NCBI GenBank assembly: GCA_043228905.1 | Contig: JBHGNT010000610.1 | Coordinates: 1-19,377 of the forward strand | Reading direction: 5' to 3' | DNA from: Azolla caroliniana | Lineage: Eukaryota; Plantae; Polypodiophyta | Length of the DNA stretch: 19,377 nucleotides | Shown here: one piece after another, positions 18,464 to 19,377 of the stretch | How the letters are laid out: the number at the start of each line of letters is the position of its first letter | Position numbering within the stretch: the stretch's first letter is position 1 | Notes under the pieces: generated by a model | Seen by the model: the letters and a program-made list of their open reading frames with translations, nothing else | The model's database searches: none | Told to the model about the DNA's origin: nothing | Made by a program: the position numbers and the translations under genes

Positions 18464-19377
18464 TCGTAGCCCTTCGCCACAAGCTGGGCCTTGTACCGAT
18501 TGACGGTGCCGTCGGCATTGTGCTTCATTTTGAAGATCCACCGGCATCCAATTGCCTTTTGGTCCTGTGAAGAAGGGACAATATCCCATATCTCGTTCTT
18601 GGAGAGTTATCGCATTTCCTCATTCATCGCTTCGACACTTCTAGGGTTCTTTGTGGTTTCGGAAAAGGTTTCCGGTTCTCGGAATGTCCACACCTTCATC
18701 ATGAATGCATAATGATATGCCATGTAGTCTTTGTAGCCAGATCAACTGACTATGTTCTTCGCTCGGGTGGAGCGACAAGATTCTCATGGTGTCCTCATGA
18801 TGGACACATCTAGTCCATCATGCTCATTGTTAGGTGAGTGTTCCGATTCGTTCCTATCTAAGTCTTCGTAGTCAGGCATTTTGGCCTTTCCTTTGATATC
18901 CGTCTTTGGACTTGGCCACGACGTGATTTGGTCGCTTGGAGGCTCTCGTGGTCCATTCAACTTGGTTGAGATTGGACTTTCCTTTTACATAAGCCTCGAT
19001 CGATCATCCTCCTCCGTATCTATGTCGAACTCGGTTTCGACTATGTCGGATGGAGTTGAGTCGACTGTCTACCAAGATGCTGACTCGTCGAATACGACAT
19101 TCCTACTCACTCGTACCTTCTTGGTGGAAGGGTTGAAGCAGTTATACCCTTTTTGCTCGAGTGAGTACCTTAGAAGTATACATTTCTCCGACTTGGGATT
19201 GAGCTCTGCCGCTTCTCATTGGGAATATGTACATACGCTATTGAACCAAATATCCTAACATGGGATAGACCCATTTTCTTCCCATAGAACTTTTCGCAAG
19301 GGGTAACATCACGCATTGCTGATGTTGTGCAACAATTCATTAGGTAGACAGCCGTCTTTGCTGCTTTAGCCCAATAT
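18464..19377 (-). mobile_element. Ty1/copia integrase C-terminus to RT N-terminus, degenerate (continuation of D or a separate older copy); runs out of window
   Basis: TAVYLMN...IFGSIAYVHIP...PKSEKCI...KGYNCFNP...VSRNVVFDE...YMAYHYAF...REPETFSE...AMNEEM...AIGCRWIFKMKHNADGTVNRYKAQLVAKGY, with stops and frameshifts. Confidence 0.92.

Noticed and set aside
17854-18528. 224-aa minus ORF fusing copia RT to novel sequence
   Set aside because: Chance read-through from RT into the antisense of gypsy LTR E at the insertion site

Overview
Eukaryotic land-plant nuclear DNA. The TE families and intron style suggest a fern or other non-seed plant, but that is only an inference. Bases 126-5723 hold the last 11 exons of a plastid ABC1/UbiB atypical kinase gene (ABC1K6/At3g24190-like, + strand, 5' end outside the window); two consecutive introns use GC donors. 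From ~6.5 kb to the end is a stack of nested retroelements: a decayed LINE 3' end (-), interrupted by Ty1/copia A (+), then copia B (-), a pol-less Ty3/gypsy derivative C (-) filled with GC-rich repeats, copia D (-), a 5'-truncated gypsy E (+; integrase and 3' LTR), and an older-looking copia INT-RT segment (-). Most ORFs in the supplied track are shadows of these elements. I cannot demonstrate a new biological system. The best leads are: (i) doubled PPTs with a read-through pol tail that shares sequence with U3, plus a conserved stem-loop over the PPT/U3 junction in the copia family; (ii) the non-autonomous gypsy with repeat-built ORFs; (iii) a canonical PIP-box after the CCHC finger of the LINE ORF2.
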